Origin: Clostridia bacterium
GTDB lineage: Bacteria > Bacillota > Clostridia > Christensenellales > DTU072
DNA length: 26,440 bases
Reading direction: 5' to 3'
NCBI GenBank assembly: GCA_028703745.1
Contig: JAQVME010000002.1
Coordinates: 1 to 26,440 of the forward strand
The position numbers were made by a program, and so were the translations under genes. Below, piece by piece: positions 15,488-26,421 of this stretch; the first letter of the stretch is position 1, and every line of letters starts with the position of its first letter. The notes beneath the pieces are model-generated. The model saw only the letters and a list, made by a program, of their open reading frames with translations. It searched no databases and was not told the origin of the DNA.

Positions 15488-15516
15488 CAGAGCGGCGCTG
15501 AAAGAACACCTTTAAC

Positions 15517-15544
15517 AAAAATCCAGTGATAACTGGATTTTTTT
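15517..15544 (+). terminator. Terminator of SulP
   Basis: AAAAATCCAGT-GATA-ACTGGATTTTT plus additional Ts. Confidence 0.85.
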
Positions 15545-15591
15545 ATTGACATTATTTGACCGATTGAGAGGCAAATGCGCCGAAAAGCCGG

Positions 15592-15620
15592 TTTACATAT
15601 ACATTAAGAAATGTTATAAT
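15592..15620 (+). promoter_or_regulatory. Sigma-A promoter of the ECF operon (TTTACA-17-TGt-TATAAT)
   Basis: Near-consensus -35 and extended -10. Confidence 0.65.
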
Positions 15621-15634
15621 TTTTTTATATTTCT

Positions 15635-15665
15635 GGAACTAAATTCCTTTTTCTTTGCACTTATA
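15635..15665 (+). promoter_or_regulatory. Possible autoregulatory ECF promoter (GGAAC-17-GCACTTATA)
   Basis: AAC-containing -35 typical of ECF promoters, T-rich spacer, located just before the SD. The -10 assignment is a guess. Confidence 0.3.
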
Positions 15666-15681
15666 TAGTGTCAGGAGGCAT

Positions 15682-16227
15682 ATGGACGAATTGATATATA
15701 CTTTCTTCAATGCGGCCTACGATAAGAATTATCGAAAGGTAATGGCTTTTGTCGTGGCGAAATGCAGTGATGTAGGGTATGTGGAGGATATCGTTCAGGA
15801 GGTTTTTACGGATTTCTTCGGTATATTGGCAAAAAAAGGTATATCTCACATAAAGAATGAGCATGCCTTATTGATGAAAATAGCCAAAATAAGAGTTTAC
15901 AAGTACTATTCGCTGAAAACCAGACTAAGAAATCTCGTGCCGCTGATAAAAAAGAGTGAGGAGGGAGAGGAAAGCGAAAATTTTGAATTTGAATACGGAG
16001 ACGTTGAGGAAAGCTATATAAATTCCTATACCGTAAAAGAGGTGTGGCGGCAGATAAGGCAGTACCCCGCCGACGTGCAAAAAATATTCGTGTTGCATTT
16101 CAATCTGGACAAGCCGCTCAAAGAAGTGGCGGAGCTGCTGAGTATGACTGAATCAAACGTAAAACACAAGTTGTACAGAACCATAGAAAAATTGCGGAAG
16201 GTATATAGCGGAGGGGAAGTAAGATGA
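15682..16227 (+). CDS. ECF RNA polymerase sigma factor
   Basis: Sigma-2 EDIVQEVF and sigma-4 EVAELLSMTESNVKHKLYR. Start re-called to ATG 15682 behind AGGAGG. Confidence 0.9.
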   Translation: MDELIYTFFNAAYDKNYRKVMAFVVAKCSDVGYVEDIVQEVFTDFFGILAKKGISHIKNEHALLMKIAKIRVYKYYSLKTRLRNLVPLIKKSEEGEESENFEFEYGDVEESYINSYTVKEVWRQIRQYPADVQKIFVLHFNLDKPLKEVAELLSMTESNVKHKLYRTIEKLRKVYSGGEVR

Positions 16228-18236
16228 AAGAGAAAGATTTTATCAAAAAGGCTGTGGATGAGGCCTTCGAAAAAAAGGAGCAAATCCGCATGAAAGCCGT
16301 TGCCGCAGGGCGGCAGCAAAAAGTTAAAAGGAGTTTTTTTATGAAAAAAGGACTGGCAATAACCATAATAATAGCCGTCATAGCCGTGGCGGGGCTGACC
16401 GCAATGTCTGCTATCTATACGCCGCAAAAGTATGACTACGGGCAGCCGATGAAGGCAAGCGCCTATTCGGAAGTAATTGACGCTATTGAGGAGTATTACA
16501 AAAAGCAAAACAGCTTCCAATTTCGGGATATACTCGGAGGCGTAGTGACGTCCGACAAGGCCGCGCCCGAAATGGTCAACGAAAGCGCGGCGCCTTCTTC
16601 GGACTATTCGCAAACAAATGTCCAAACAAATGGCATGGACGAGGGCGATATAGTCAAGAACGACGACAGGTATATCTACAAAATAACCACACAAGGCTGC
16701 TTCATTATCGAGACAAATAACGGCGCATTGGAAACAAAAAGCTCTATCGTCGTTGAGAACTATGTTCCGCAGGAGCTTTATGTTCAGGGCGACACGCTCA
16801 TTATGATCGGCGGTATATATGAGCAGAGAGGATTTGCGTATATGAGCGGTATCGAGCCCATGATGGACTGCATCGGCTATTTGACGTACAACAAGACTGA
16901 CATAAGAGTGTATGACATCTCCGACAGGACGGCCCCGTCTCTTGAAAGACAAATTACCATAGACGGAGGGTATTATTCCTCCAGAATAAAAGAAGAGGGC
17001 AACAAGCTATATTATATGGTCAATTACAGCTTCAGCTACGGCGATGAAGAAAGCTATATCCCAAGAATAACCGACACAGCCAAGGGAGAAACGTCAACAA
17101 AAATACCCGTAGAAAATATATATATTTACGGCGACGTCAGCTATTATTCTTATTTGATAGTGGGAGAAGTTGCGCTTGACGAACCCGAAGCAGATTCAGC
17201 TATGCTGGCGTATCTTGGTCTCGGCGGAGAAATATATGTCTCCACCGACAACATTTATGTGGCGACCTACGACAGCTACAGCCGATACGATACCAACATT
17301 TTCGGCTGGGTGAAAAATAGCGTTGATAACGCGCCCAGCACTAGGCTGGTAAAAATAGCTTTGAGCGACCTCAAACACAAGGCCACAAGCCGCATAAACG
17401 GCACCGTAAAAGACAGGTATTCTCTTGACGAGTACAACGGGTACTTGCGGGTGGCGGTCACCGTTTCCGCTCGCACGACCTTTAGCAACCTTTACGTGCT
17501 GCGCCCCGACTTGACAGTAATCGGCAAAGTCGAAAAAGTAGCCGAAGGCGAAAGGATATATTCCGTGCGTTTCAACGCCAACAAGTGCGTAATGGTGACT
17601 TTCAAAAATATGGACCCGTATTTTATATTCGATTTGACCGACCCTGCAAAGCCGTTTATTACAGGCGAGCTGAAAGAGGACGGAGTCAGCCATTATATCC
17701 ATTATATTGAAGGCACGGATTATACCGTGGGTATAGGCATGATGTCGCGCGTACAGCATACGCCTTATGGAGACAGAGTGGAATGGACGGGCTTGAAAGT
17801 GTCGTTGTACGACAATTCCGGCTCTGAGGCTGTGAACGTAAAAAATATCGAGATACCCGGCAGCTGTCACGCCGAGATATTCTACAACCCCAAAGCCTTG
17901 TTATATAATAAGGAAAGAGGACTTATAGCTTTTTCTTACGAGAACTGGCAGTATGACGATTATTACTATTATTCTTCGATGACTCAAGGGCTGGCTGTCT
18001 TCGGATTCGATTTAACACAGGAAGACGAAAACAAGCTTGCCTACAAAGGCACTTTGACAAATCTTGAAGAAGAGGTAGGCACAAACGACTGGTACGGCTA
18101 TTATGCGGACTATCTGACTTTCATAAACAGAGGTATCCAGATAGGCGACTATATCTATACCGTAAGCGACAAATATATCGCCTCTTATGACATTGCTTCG
18201 CTGGAATTGGTGCAACGGCTGGATTTGACCGAATAA
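16224..18236 (+). CDS. Membrane-anchored beta-propeller domain protein (Beta_propel/PF09826-like), candidate anti-sigma or sensor
   Basis: Basic 42-aa N-terminus, single TM segment (GLAITIIIAVIAVAGLTAMSAIY), signature YSQTNVQTNGMDEGDIVK, and YSLDEYNGYLRVA, ERIYSVRF, DPYFIFDL. ATGA overlap with the sigma gene. Confidence 0.85.
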   Translation: MKEKDFIKKAVDEAFEKKEQIRMKAVAAGRQQKVKRSFFMKKGLAITIIIAVIAVAGLTAMSAIYTPQKYDYGQPMKASAYSEVIDAIEEYYKKQNSFQFRDILGGVVTSDKAAPEMVNESAAPSSDYSQTNVQTNGMDEGDIVKNDDRYIYKITTQGCFIIETNNGALETKSSIVVENYVPQELYVQGDTLIMIGGIYEQRGFAYMSGIEPMMDCIGYLTYNKTDIRVYDISDRTAPSLERQITIDGGYYSSRIKEEGNKLYYMVNYSFSYGDEESYIPRITDTAKGETSTKIPVENIYIYGDVSYYSYLIVGEVALDEPEADSAMLAYLGLGGEIYVSTDNIYVATYDSYSRYDTNIFGWVKNSVDNAPSTRLVKIALSDLKHKATSRINGTVKDRYSLDEYNGYLRVAVTVSARTTFSNLYVLRPDLTVIGKVEKVAEGERIYSVRFNANKCVMVTFKNMDPYFIFDLTDPAKPFITGELKEDGVSHYIHYIEGTDYTVGIGMMSRVQHTPYGDRVEWTGLKVSLYDNSGSEAVNVKNIEIPGSCHAEIFYNPKALLYNKERGLIAFSYENWQYDDYYYYSSMTQGLAVFGFDLTQEDENKLAYKGTLTNLEEEVGTNDWYGYYADYLTFINRGIQIGDYIYTVSDKYIASYDIASLELVQRLDLTE

Positions 18237-18267
18237 AAAAAGAGAACTATAAGAAAAAGAAATAACA

Positions 18268-18294
18268 AAAAGTCAGGCGTCCAGCCTGACTTTT
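18268..18294. terminator. Bidirectional terminator
   Basis: AAAAGTCAGGC-GTCCA-GCCTGACTTTT between convergent genes. Confidence 0.85.
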
Positions 18295-18296
18295 GT

Positions 18297-18770
18297 CTAT
18301 TTAGTATTATTGTTGTACGGTCTTAACTCTTTTATCATCTGCTCAAAACCTTCGCTTAAAAAGCCTATCTTGCTGTAAAGCTTTCGCGCTACCTCATTCG
18401 TGGTGAGCACCTGCAGGGTTATGGCGACGGCTTTATCGGAGAATTCGCTTTCGAGCCAACTGAGGAAGGTTGTGGCGTAGCCCTTATTGCGGTTTATGGG
18501 ATTTATGTAGAGTTCGTCAAGAATGATGACGTCACCGCCGTCCTCGTTGCACCAATATGAGGAGATTAGGGCGTAGCCAATGGGCATTTGAACGTCGTTA
18601 TCTATTAGTATGACGCCCCACAGGTTTTCGTGGTGGTCCATAACACGTTCAAATGTTTTTTTTGTCAATGCTTCGTCGTATTCTCTTGCTGTAGCTCCCC
18701 CGCTATAAAAGGCCCTGCACATTTCCTTGAATAAATCCAAATCGTCTTTATCGAAATATCGTACTATCAC
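18297..18770 (-). CDS. GNAT-family N-acetyltransferase
   Basis: LDELYINPINRNKGYAT (motif A) and NEVARKLYSKIGF (motif B). GTG start with AAAGGTG SD. Confidence 0.9.
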   Translation of the reverse strand: MIVRYFDKDDLDLFKEMCRAFYSGGATAREYDEALTKKTFERVMDHHENLWGVILIDNDVQMPIGYALISSYWCNEDGGDVIILDELYINPINRNKGYATTFLSWLESEFSDKAVAITLQVLTTNEVARKLYSKIGFLSEGFEQMIKELRPYNNNTK

Positions 18771-18799
18771 AAATCACCTTTCTGTGTTGTATTGATTGT

Positions 18800-18828
18800 A
18801 ATATAGCATAACCGAATACAAACAGCAA
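18800..18828 (-). promoter_or_regulatory. Sigma-A promoter of GNAT (TTGCTG-17-TGc-TATATT)
   Basis: Minus-strand -35 at 18828-18823 and extended -10 at 18805-18800. Confidence 0.5.
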
Positions 18829-18945
18829 ATAAAAAAAAGCAAGTCGAAAAACAAAAAATCCGCACGGCTTTCCCCGCACATTCATGCGCCTCGCACGCGA
18901 CAATATTCGCCAAAAATAAACAGGTAATCGAAATCTTAAAATATG

Positions 18946-18981
18946 GAAAAGGCGGACTGTCTTGAGATAAAAACAATCCGC
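18946..18981 (-). terminator. Probable terminator of the collagen-like gene
   Basis: On the minus strand, GCGGATTGT...ACAGTCCGC (9 bp, one G-U) followed by CTTTT. Confidence 0.5.
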
Positions 18982-19012
18982 GCTTTGCTTTTTTTCGGCG
19001 TTTATTAGCTTC

Positions 19013-19612
19013 TTACGCCAGTTTTAAGATTGTCATCGAGGCTCCGGTTGCTGTGTCGGGGCTGGGGGCAAGCCCGGTTGCCAAAGTGACGGCGGCGCCA
19101 AGGTTGACAAGGGCAATTACGGCAGCTACCGCAAGGGTAATGATTATGCTGCCGTGCGTTTGAGTGGCGCCCGTCCGTGAAACGAAGGTTCTTGCCGCGG
19201 CGGTGACGCCGTTTATAGTTATACCCCATGCGCCGTCGGTACTTGTGACGGAGGAAACCTGAAAATTAATCAAGTAGGTTCCTGCCGAGAGCACGATACT
19301 TGAACCGGGAGGGCTGAACGCGATAGGTGCAGGTGATGCCGGCGAATTGAAAACTACGGCTTCGGAAGGGCTCACTTGCTGCGCAAATGTGGAATATATA
19401 TACGCCGAAGCGACGATTCCGGGGGGTCCCGGCGGTCCCGGCAGACCGGGAAAGCCCGGAGGTCCCGGCAAACCGGGAAAGCCTTGCGGGCCTCGGGGAC
19501 CCGTCAAGCCTATTGGTCCCTGCGGTCCTCTCGGTCCCGGCGGACCGGAGGGACCGACGACAGGAAACCTGAAGACCGGTCTAAAACAACAATCTCTATC
19601 AAAACAACTCAT
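19013..19612 (-). CDS. Collagen-like protein with BclA-type C-terminal domain (putative spore surface protein)
   Basis: Cys-rich N-terminus, 16 consecutive Gly-X-Y triplets (residues 20-67), beta-rich C-terminal domain (AVVFN...GTYLINFQV). AAGGAG SD. Confidence 0.82.
   Translation of the reverse strand: MSCFDRDCCFRPVFRFPVVGPSGPPGPRGPQGPIGLTGPRGPQGFPGLPGPPGFPGLPGPPGPPGIVASAYIYSTFAQQVSPSEAVVFNSPASPAPIAFSPPGSSIVLSAGTYLINFQVSSVTSTDGAWGITINGVTAAARTFVSRTGATQTHGSIIITLAVAAVIALVNLGAAVTLATGLAPSPDTATGASMTILKLA
19434..19487. repeat. 27-bp tandem duplication in the collagen region
   Basis: GGTCCCGGCAGACCGGGAAAGCCCGGA followed by GGTCCCGGCAAACCGGGAAAGCCTTGC (encodes GFPGLPGPP twice). Confidence 0.75.
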
Positions 19613-19715
19613 TATTTTCTCCTTTTGTTGAATGCTTTACGCTATTACATATTATGAGTAGCGCATAAATTTTGACAAAAGAACCAATCTTTTTTTATAA
19701 TATGAAAAAAGATGC

Positions 19716-19743
19716 TTGACAAGCGCAAATATTGTGTGATAAT
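19716..19743 (+). promoter_or_regulatory. Sigma-A promoter of the ilv-leu operon (TTGACA-16-TGt-GATAAT)
   Basis: Consensus -35 and extended -10. Confidence 0.75.
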
Positions 19744-19791
19744 GTAAATTCATAGAAGAAATGCATACAATGTAGTATCTTGAGGAGAAAC

Positions 19792-19902
19792 ATGCAGATA
19801 GCGCTTGCCTTGGCAAACATTATAATAATTAGCATCATTAGCATTATCGTACTAGTACTAGTAGATAGTGTAGATAAGGTTTTGCCCAAAGTTGCTGGTT
19901 AA
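19792..19902 (+). CDS. ilv-leu leader (attenuator) peptide MQIALALANIIIISIISIIVLVLVDSVDKVLPKVAG
   Basis: GAGGAG SD. 20 of 36 codons are Ile/Leu/Val. Lies between the promoter and a terminator preceding ilvB. Confidence 0.85.
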   Translation: MQIALALANIIIISIISIIVLVLVDSVDKVLPKVAG

Positions 19903-19934
19903 ATTGCTATATGCAAATTAAAAATGATAATCAC

Positions 19935-19962
19935 GACCTACGGCAAACCCGTAGGTCTTTTT
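19935..19962 (+). terminator. Attenuator terminator upstream of ilvB
   Basis: GACCTACGG-CAAAC-CCGTAGGTC, a perfect 9-bp stem followed by T5, 19 nt before the ilvB ATG. Confidence 0.9.
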
Positions 19963-19981
19963 ATAAATCCAGGAGGACACC

Positions 19982-21646
19982 ATGAAAATCAGCGGAGCGA
20001 GAATATTAATAGAAGAGCTAATTGCCCACGGCGTGGACACCGTGTTCGGATATCCCGGTGGCACGGTACTTCATATCTACGACGAACTTTATAAGGCAAG
20101 CGACAAAATAACGCATTATATATCCGCCCATGAGCAGGGCGCAACCCATGCTGCCGACGGCTACGCAAGGGTCACGGGCAAGACCGGAGTCGTCATTGCC
20201 ACGTCGGGACCCGGCGCCACGAACCTCGTGACGGGCATTGCAAACGCCTATCTGGACTCCACGCCTCTTGTCGCCATAACCGGCAACGTAGCGACTACGC
20301 TTATAGGTCGCGACAGCTTTCAAGAAGTAGACATCACGGGCGTGACTATGCCCATAACAAAGCATAACTTTATTGTAAAAGACTTGAAGAGGCTTTCTGC
20401 CGTCATAAGAGAGGCGTTCATAATCGCCAACAGCGGCAGACCCGGTCCGGTGCTTGTTGACATACCAAAAGACATCCAAATAGCGGAGATAGAGTATACG
20501 CGAGGAGAGGTGTCAGAGGCAAAGCAATGCCACGAGAACGGCAAGGAAGCCTTTTCGCGGGCCATAGAGCTTATCACAAAGGCAAAGAGACCGTTCATAT
20601 ACGCAGGAGGCGGAGTAATCATTTCCAATGCGACGAAGGAGCTTGAGCAGTTCGCCGAAATCATCGATGCGCCGATAGGCAGCAGTATGATGGGACTTTC
20701 TGCCATGGACGCCAAGAATCCGAGGTTCCTCGGAATGACGGGAATGCACGGCAAGTTCGCCGCCAGCAAGGCTATGTCCGGTAGCGATTTGCTTATCGCC
20801 ATAGGCACGAGATTCTCGGACAGAGCCACGGGCAACAAACAGGAATTTTGCAAGGGCAGAAAGATTATACACATAGATATCGACCCTGCGGAGATAGGCA
20901 AGAACATTCCGGCATACGTGTCGCTTATTGGCGACGTCAAAGAAGTGCTGACAAAGCTCAATTCGCGCCTCGAGCCTATGGTTAAGACCTCTTGGAGACA
21001 GGAGATTGACGACATAAAGAATTGTCCCGACTCCCATCTCGAGATGAATAAGACTAGGCTTAATCCTCAAAGCATAATAGAATGCGTAAACAAGCTTGCT
21101 CCGCCCGACACTATTATAGCCACGGACGTGGGACAGCACCAGATGTGGACTGCGCAATACTACAAGTTCACCAAACCGAGAACCTTTATCACTTCGGGAG
21201 GACTGGGTACAATGGGCTTTGGGCTCGGCGCCGCAATAGGAGCCGCCATAGGAACGGGGAGAAAGACGGTGCTGTTTACTAGTGACGGCTGCTTCCATAT
21301 GAATATGAACGAAATGGCAACGGCGGTTACCAACGACCTTCCTATTATAGTAGTGCTTATGAACAACAACGCTTTGGGAATGGTGCGGCAGTGGCAAACG
21401 ACCTTCTTTGAAAAAAGGTACTCAAACACCACGCTGAACCGCAAAACCGATTATGTCGCGCTTGCTAAGGCGTTCGGCGCCGATGCAAGGAAGATTTCCT
21501 CGCTTTCCGAGATGGAAGAAACGCTGAAGTGGGCTTTCGAGCAGAAGGGGCCGGTGCTTGTTGACGCAATTATTAACAACGACGAAAAGGTGCTGCCATT
21601 TATTCCGCCGAATGGCACAATTAATGATATAATACTGAAGGGGTGA
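19982..21646 (+). CDS. ilvB: Acetolactate synthase large subunit
   Basis: VFGYPGG, HEQGA, TSGPGATN, DVGQHQMW and SGGLGTMG motifs, plus ThDP motif SDG...NN. Confidence 0.97.
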   Translation: MKISGARILIEELIAHGVDTVFGYPGGTVLHIYDELYKASDKITHYISAHEQGATHAADGYARVTGKTGVVIATSGPGATNLVTGIANAYLDSTPLVAITGNVATTLIGRDSFQEVDITGVTMPITKHNFIVKDLKRLSAVIREAFIIANSGRPGPVLVDIPKDIQIAEIEYTRGEVSEAKQCHENGKEAFSRAIELITKAKRPFIYAGGGVIISNATKELEQFAEIIDAPIGSSMMGLSAMDAKNPRFLGMTGMHGKFAASKAMSGSDLLIAIGTRFSDRATGNKQEFCKGRKIIHIDIDPAEIGKNIPAYVSLIGDVKEVLTKLNSRLEPMVKTSWRQEIDDIKNCPDSHLEMNKTRLNPQSIIECVNKLAPPDTIIATDVGQHQMWTAQYYKFTKPRTFITSGGLGTMGFGLGAAIGAAIGTGRKTVLFTSDGCFHMNMNEMATAVTNDLPIIVVLMNNNALGMVRQWQTTFFEKRYSNTTLNRKTDYVALAKAFGADARKISSLSEMEETLKWAFEQKGPVLVDAIINNDEKVLPFIPPNGTINDIILKG

Positions 21647-21650
21647 CAAA

Positions 21651-23200
<1,550 letters not shown>

Positions 23201-23226
23201 AAATCATATAACAAAAAGGAGCCATT

Positions 23227-24885
23227 ATGAATTCGGACAGCATAAAGACAGGTGAGGAGCGAGCGCCTCACCGCTCGTTGCTCAAGGCTTGCGGCATGTC
23301 AAAAACCGAGATGTCAAGGCCGATAATAGGCGTGGTCAATTCGTTCAACGAGATAGTCCCCGGACATATCCACCTGAACGAAATAGCCAGGGCAGTCAAG
23401 GACGGCATACTTGCCGCGGGAGGAACTCCGCGCGAATTTAACACTATCGGCGTCTGTGACGGCATCGCCATGGCGCATCAGGGAATGAAATATTCGCTAT
23501 GCACCCGCGAGCTGATAGCCGACAGCATCGAGTGCATGGTAAACGCGCACCGTTTTGACGGACTGGTATTTATACCCAATTGCGACAAAATCGTGCCCGG
23601 CATGCTTATGGCTGCGGTAAGGCTGGATTTGCCCTCCATATTTGTTTCGGGCGGAGCCATGCTTTCCATAGCCGGCGAGAACGGCGAATACCTCGACCTC
23701 AACAGCGTTTTTGAAGGCGTGGGCAAAATCAAGGCAGGCAAAATGAGCCTTGAAGAGCTCGACGAGCTGGAAGAAAACGCGTGTCCGACGTGCGGCTCCT
23801 GCTCGGGCATGTTCACCGCCAACTCTATGAACTGCCTCAGCGAGGCAATAGGTATAGCCTTGCCCAAGAACGGCACAACCCCTGCGGTATATGCCGAAAG
23901 AATCAGACTGGCTAAGGCAACAGGCGAACGCATAATGCAGCTTGTTCGTGACAATGTTACGGCGAGAAGCATAATAAACAAAAAATCCATAAGGAACGCC
24001 CTGACCGTAGATATGGCGCTGGGCTGCTCGTCGAACACCGTGCTGCACCTTGCGGCGATTGCAAGGGAGGCGGAAGTGCCATTTGATTTGAAATTAATAA
24101 ATGAGATAAGCTCCGTCACACCCAATCTATGCAAGCTTGCGCCTGCGGGCAAATACCACGTTCAGGACCTGCACCATGCCGGCGGCGTGCAAGCGGTTAT
24201 GAAAGAGCTTGCAAAGAAAGGCCTACTCGACCTCTCGTTGCCCACCGTTAACGGCACCGTTGGCGAAAACATCGCCGCCGCCAGAGTAAAAAACAGCGAG
24301 GTAATAAGACCCGTGGAGAATCCGCACAGCGCGACAGGAGGGCTTGCCATACTTTACGGCAACATCGCCAGAAACGGCGCCGTCGTAAAGAGGAGCGCAG
24401 TCGCTAAGAATATGCTCAAGTTCCGAGGCAAGGCAAAGGTTTTTGACAGCGAGGAGGCAGCAACAGCGGCTATCTACAAAGGCGAAATCACAAAAGGCGA
24501 CGTAGTCGTCATCAGATATGAAGGTCCGGCGGGCGGTCCCGGGATGAGGGAAATGCTTTCTCCCACCTCGGCGATTGCAGGCATGGGACTTGACGCCGAC
24601 GTGGCGCTACTCACCGATGGCAGATTCTCCGGAGCTACGAGAGGCGCGGCAATAGGACACATTTCTCCCGAAGCGAGAGAAGGCGGCGACATAGCGTATA
24701 TTGAGAACGGCGACTTTATTGACATTGACATAAACAATTATTGCATATCTCTCGATGTTTCCGAAGCTGAAATGCAGATAAGAAGACAAACAAAACAACT
24801 AAAGGCGCAACCGGAGCTGACAGGCTATCTGAAAAGATACGCCAGACAGGTAGGCTCGGCGGACACCGGCGCCTCCTTTAAATAA
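23227..24885 (+). CDS. ilvD: Dihydroxy-acid dehydratase
   Basis: [49 protein letters not shown] and TDGRFSG motifs. Confidence 0.97.
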   Translation: MNSDSIKTGEERAPHRSLLKACGMSKTEMSRPIIGVVNSFNEIVPGHIHLNEIARAVKDGILAAGGTPREFNTIGVCDGIAMAHQGMKYSLCTRELIADSIECMVNAHRFDGLVFIPNCDKIVPGMLMAAVRLDLPSIFVSGGAMLSIAGENGEYLDLNSVFEGVGKIKAGKMSLEELDELEENACPTCGSCSGMFTANSMNCLSEAIGIALPKNGTTPAVYAERIRLAKATGERIMQLVRDNVTARSIINKKSIRNALTVDMALGCSSNTVLHLAAIAREAEVPFDLKLINEISSVTPNLCKLAPAGKYHVQDLHHAGGVQAVMKELAKKGLLDLSLPTVNGTVGENIAAARVKNSEVIRPVENPHSATGGLAILYGNIARNGAVVKRSAVAKNMLKFRGKAKVFDSEEAATAAIYKGEITKGDVVVIRYEGPAGGPGMREMLSPTSAIAGMGLDADVALLTDGRFSGATRGAAIGHISPEAREGGDIAYIENGDFIDIDINNYCISLDVSEAEMQIRRQTKQLKAQPELTGYLKRYARQVGSADTGASFK

Positions 24886-24904
24886 TAAAAACAAGGGGAC
24901 GAAC

Positions 24905-26407
24905 ATGAACAGGATTAAGATATTTGATACAACGCTGAGAGACGGGGAACAAGCGCCCGGCTGCAGTATGCATCTCGACGAAAAAATCGAGGTGGCGCTA
25001 GCTCTCGAAAAGCTGAGGGTTGACGTAATGGAAGCAGGTTTCTCCGTCATCTCCAAAGGCGACTTTGATGCCGTCCAAACCATTGCTAACACCGTGAAGA
25101 ACGCTTCGGTAGCCAGCCTTGCAAGAGCCGTAAAAAAGGATATTGAGAGCGCCTACGAGGCGCTTAAAGGAGCAGTAAGCCCCAGAATTCATACCTTTAT
25201 TGCGACGTCGCCCATTCATATGGAATACAAACTGAAGATGAGCGGCGACAAGGTACTCGAGACCATTTTCGATACGGTTTCTTATGCAAAAAGCTTCATT
25301 AATGACGTGGAATTCTCGGCGGAGGACGCTACGAGAAGTGATAAGGAATTCCTTGCTAAGGCAGTACATACCGCCATAAAGGCAGGAGCGACAGTAGTCA
25401 ATATACCCGACACGGTCGGCTATACCACACCGATAGAAATGTTCGACCTTATTACTTACCTTATGAACAATGTCGACAACATCCATAAGGCAGAGATATC
25501 CGTGCATTGCCACAACGATCTCGGCATGGGAGTAGCCAACTCGCTTGCCGCCGTCAGAGCAGGAGCCACGCAGGTGGAATGTACCGTTAACGGACTTGGC
25601 GAAAGAGCCGGCAACGCCGCGCTCGAAGAGATAGTCATGGCGCTCAACACCCGCAAGAACATCTACAACGGCTACACAAATATTGACACGACACAGATAT
25701 ATAGAGCCAGCAAGCTGGTATACAACGTGCTGGGACTCTATTCGCCGATAAACAAGGCCATTGTCGGCAGCAACGCCTTTGCGCACGAAGCAGGTATTCA
25801 TCAGCACGGCGTACTGGCGAACAGAGAAACGTACGAAATAATGACTCCCGAGTCCATCGGACTGCCGAAGAACAACATGGTATTCGGCAAGCACAGCGGC
25901 AAGCACGCCATCGAAAACAGACTCAAGGAGCTGGGCTTTGAACTTTCAAAGGACGAAATGGAGGCCTTCTTTGTCAAATTCAAAACTTTAGCCGACAAGA
26001 AAAAGACCATAAACGACCTTGATCTTCAGGCTCTGCTGGGACACACCGAAAAGGAAATAACCTCCAAAGGCTACAAGCTTGACAGATTCACCGTCAACAC
26101 CGGCAACTATATTACGACCAACGCCGTAGTAAGACTGTCGGACGGCGAAAAGCTTTATGAAGAGGTAGCTATAGGCGACGGTCCAATAGACGCTGCCTAC
26201 AATGCCATCAACAAGATTCTTAAGGCGCCCGAGCATTCCTTGGATGACTATGCGATACGCTCTATAACCGAAGGCAACGACGCGCTGGGCGAAGTAGTCG
26301 TCAGAATAAAATGCGGTGATTGCGTCATAACCGGCAGAGGACTTTCCACCGACATTATTGAAGCAAGCTTGCTTGCCTACATCAACGGCATGAACAAGCT
26401 GATATAG
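24905..26407 (+). CDS. leuA: 2-isopropylmalate synthase
   Basis: [31 protein letters not shown] and HEAGIHQHG, plus C-terminal Leu-binding regulatory domain (GDGPIDA, EGNDALG). Confidence 0.93.
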   Translation: MNRIKIFDTTLRDGEQAPGCSMHLDEKIEVALALEKLRVDVMEAGFSVISKGDFDAVQTIANTVKNASVASLARAVKKDIESAYEALKGAVSPRIHTFIATSPIHMEYKLKMSGDKVLETIFDTVSYAKSFINDVEFSAEDATRSDKEFLAKAVHTAIKAGATVVNIPDTVGYTTPIEMFDLITYLMNNVDNIHKAEISVHCHNDLGMGVANSLAAVRAGATQVECTVNGLGERAGNAALEEIVMALNTRKNIYNGYTNIDTTQIYRASKLVYNVLGLYSPINKAIVGSNAFAHEAGIHQHGVLANRETYEIMTPESIGLPKNNMVFGKHSGKHAIENRLKELGFELSKDEMEAFFVKFKTLADKKKTINDLDLQALLGHTEKEITSKGYKLDRFTVNTGNYITTNAVVRLSDGEKLYEEVAIGDGPIDAAYNAINKILKAPEHSLDDYAIRSITEGNDALGEVVVRIKCGDCVITGRGLSTDIIEASLLAYINGMNKLI

Positions 26408-26421
26408 GCGTAAGGAACGAT

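Noticed and set aside
19347-19631. Antisense Gly/Pro-repeat ORF ([13 protein letters not shown]...)
   Set aside because: Mirror artefact of the GGN-CCN collagen codons on the opposite strand.
19668-19682. CodY-box-like AATTTTGACAAAAGA upstream of the ilv promoter
   Set aside because: Four mismatches to AATTTTCWGAAAATT in AT-rich DNA. Plausible biologically but not supportable from sequence alone.
19695-19889. 64-aa minus-strand ORF (MGKTLSTLSTSTST...)
   Set aside because: Antisense shadow of the repetitive leader peptide, with no SD.
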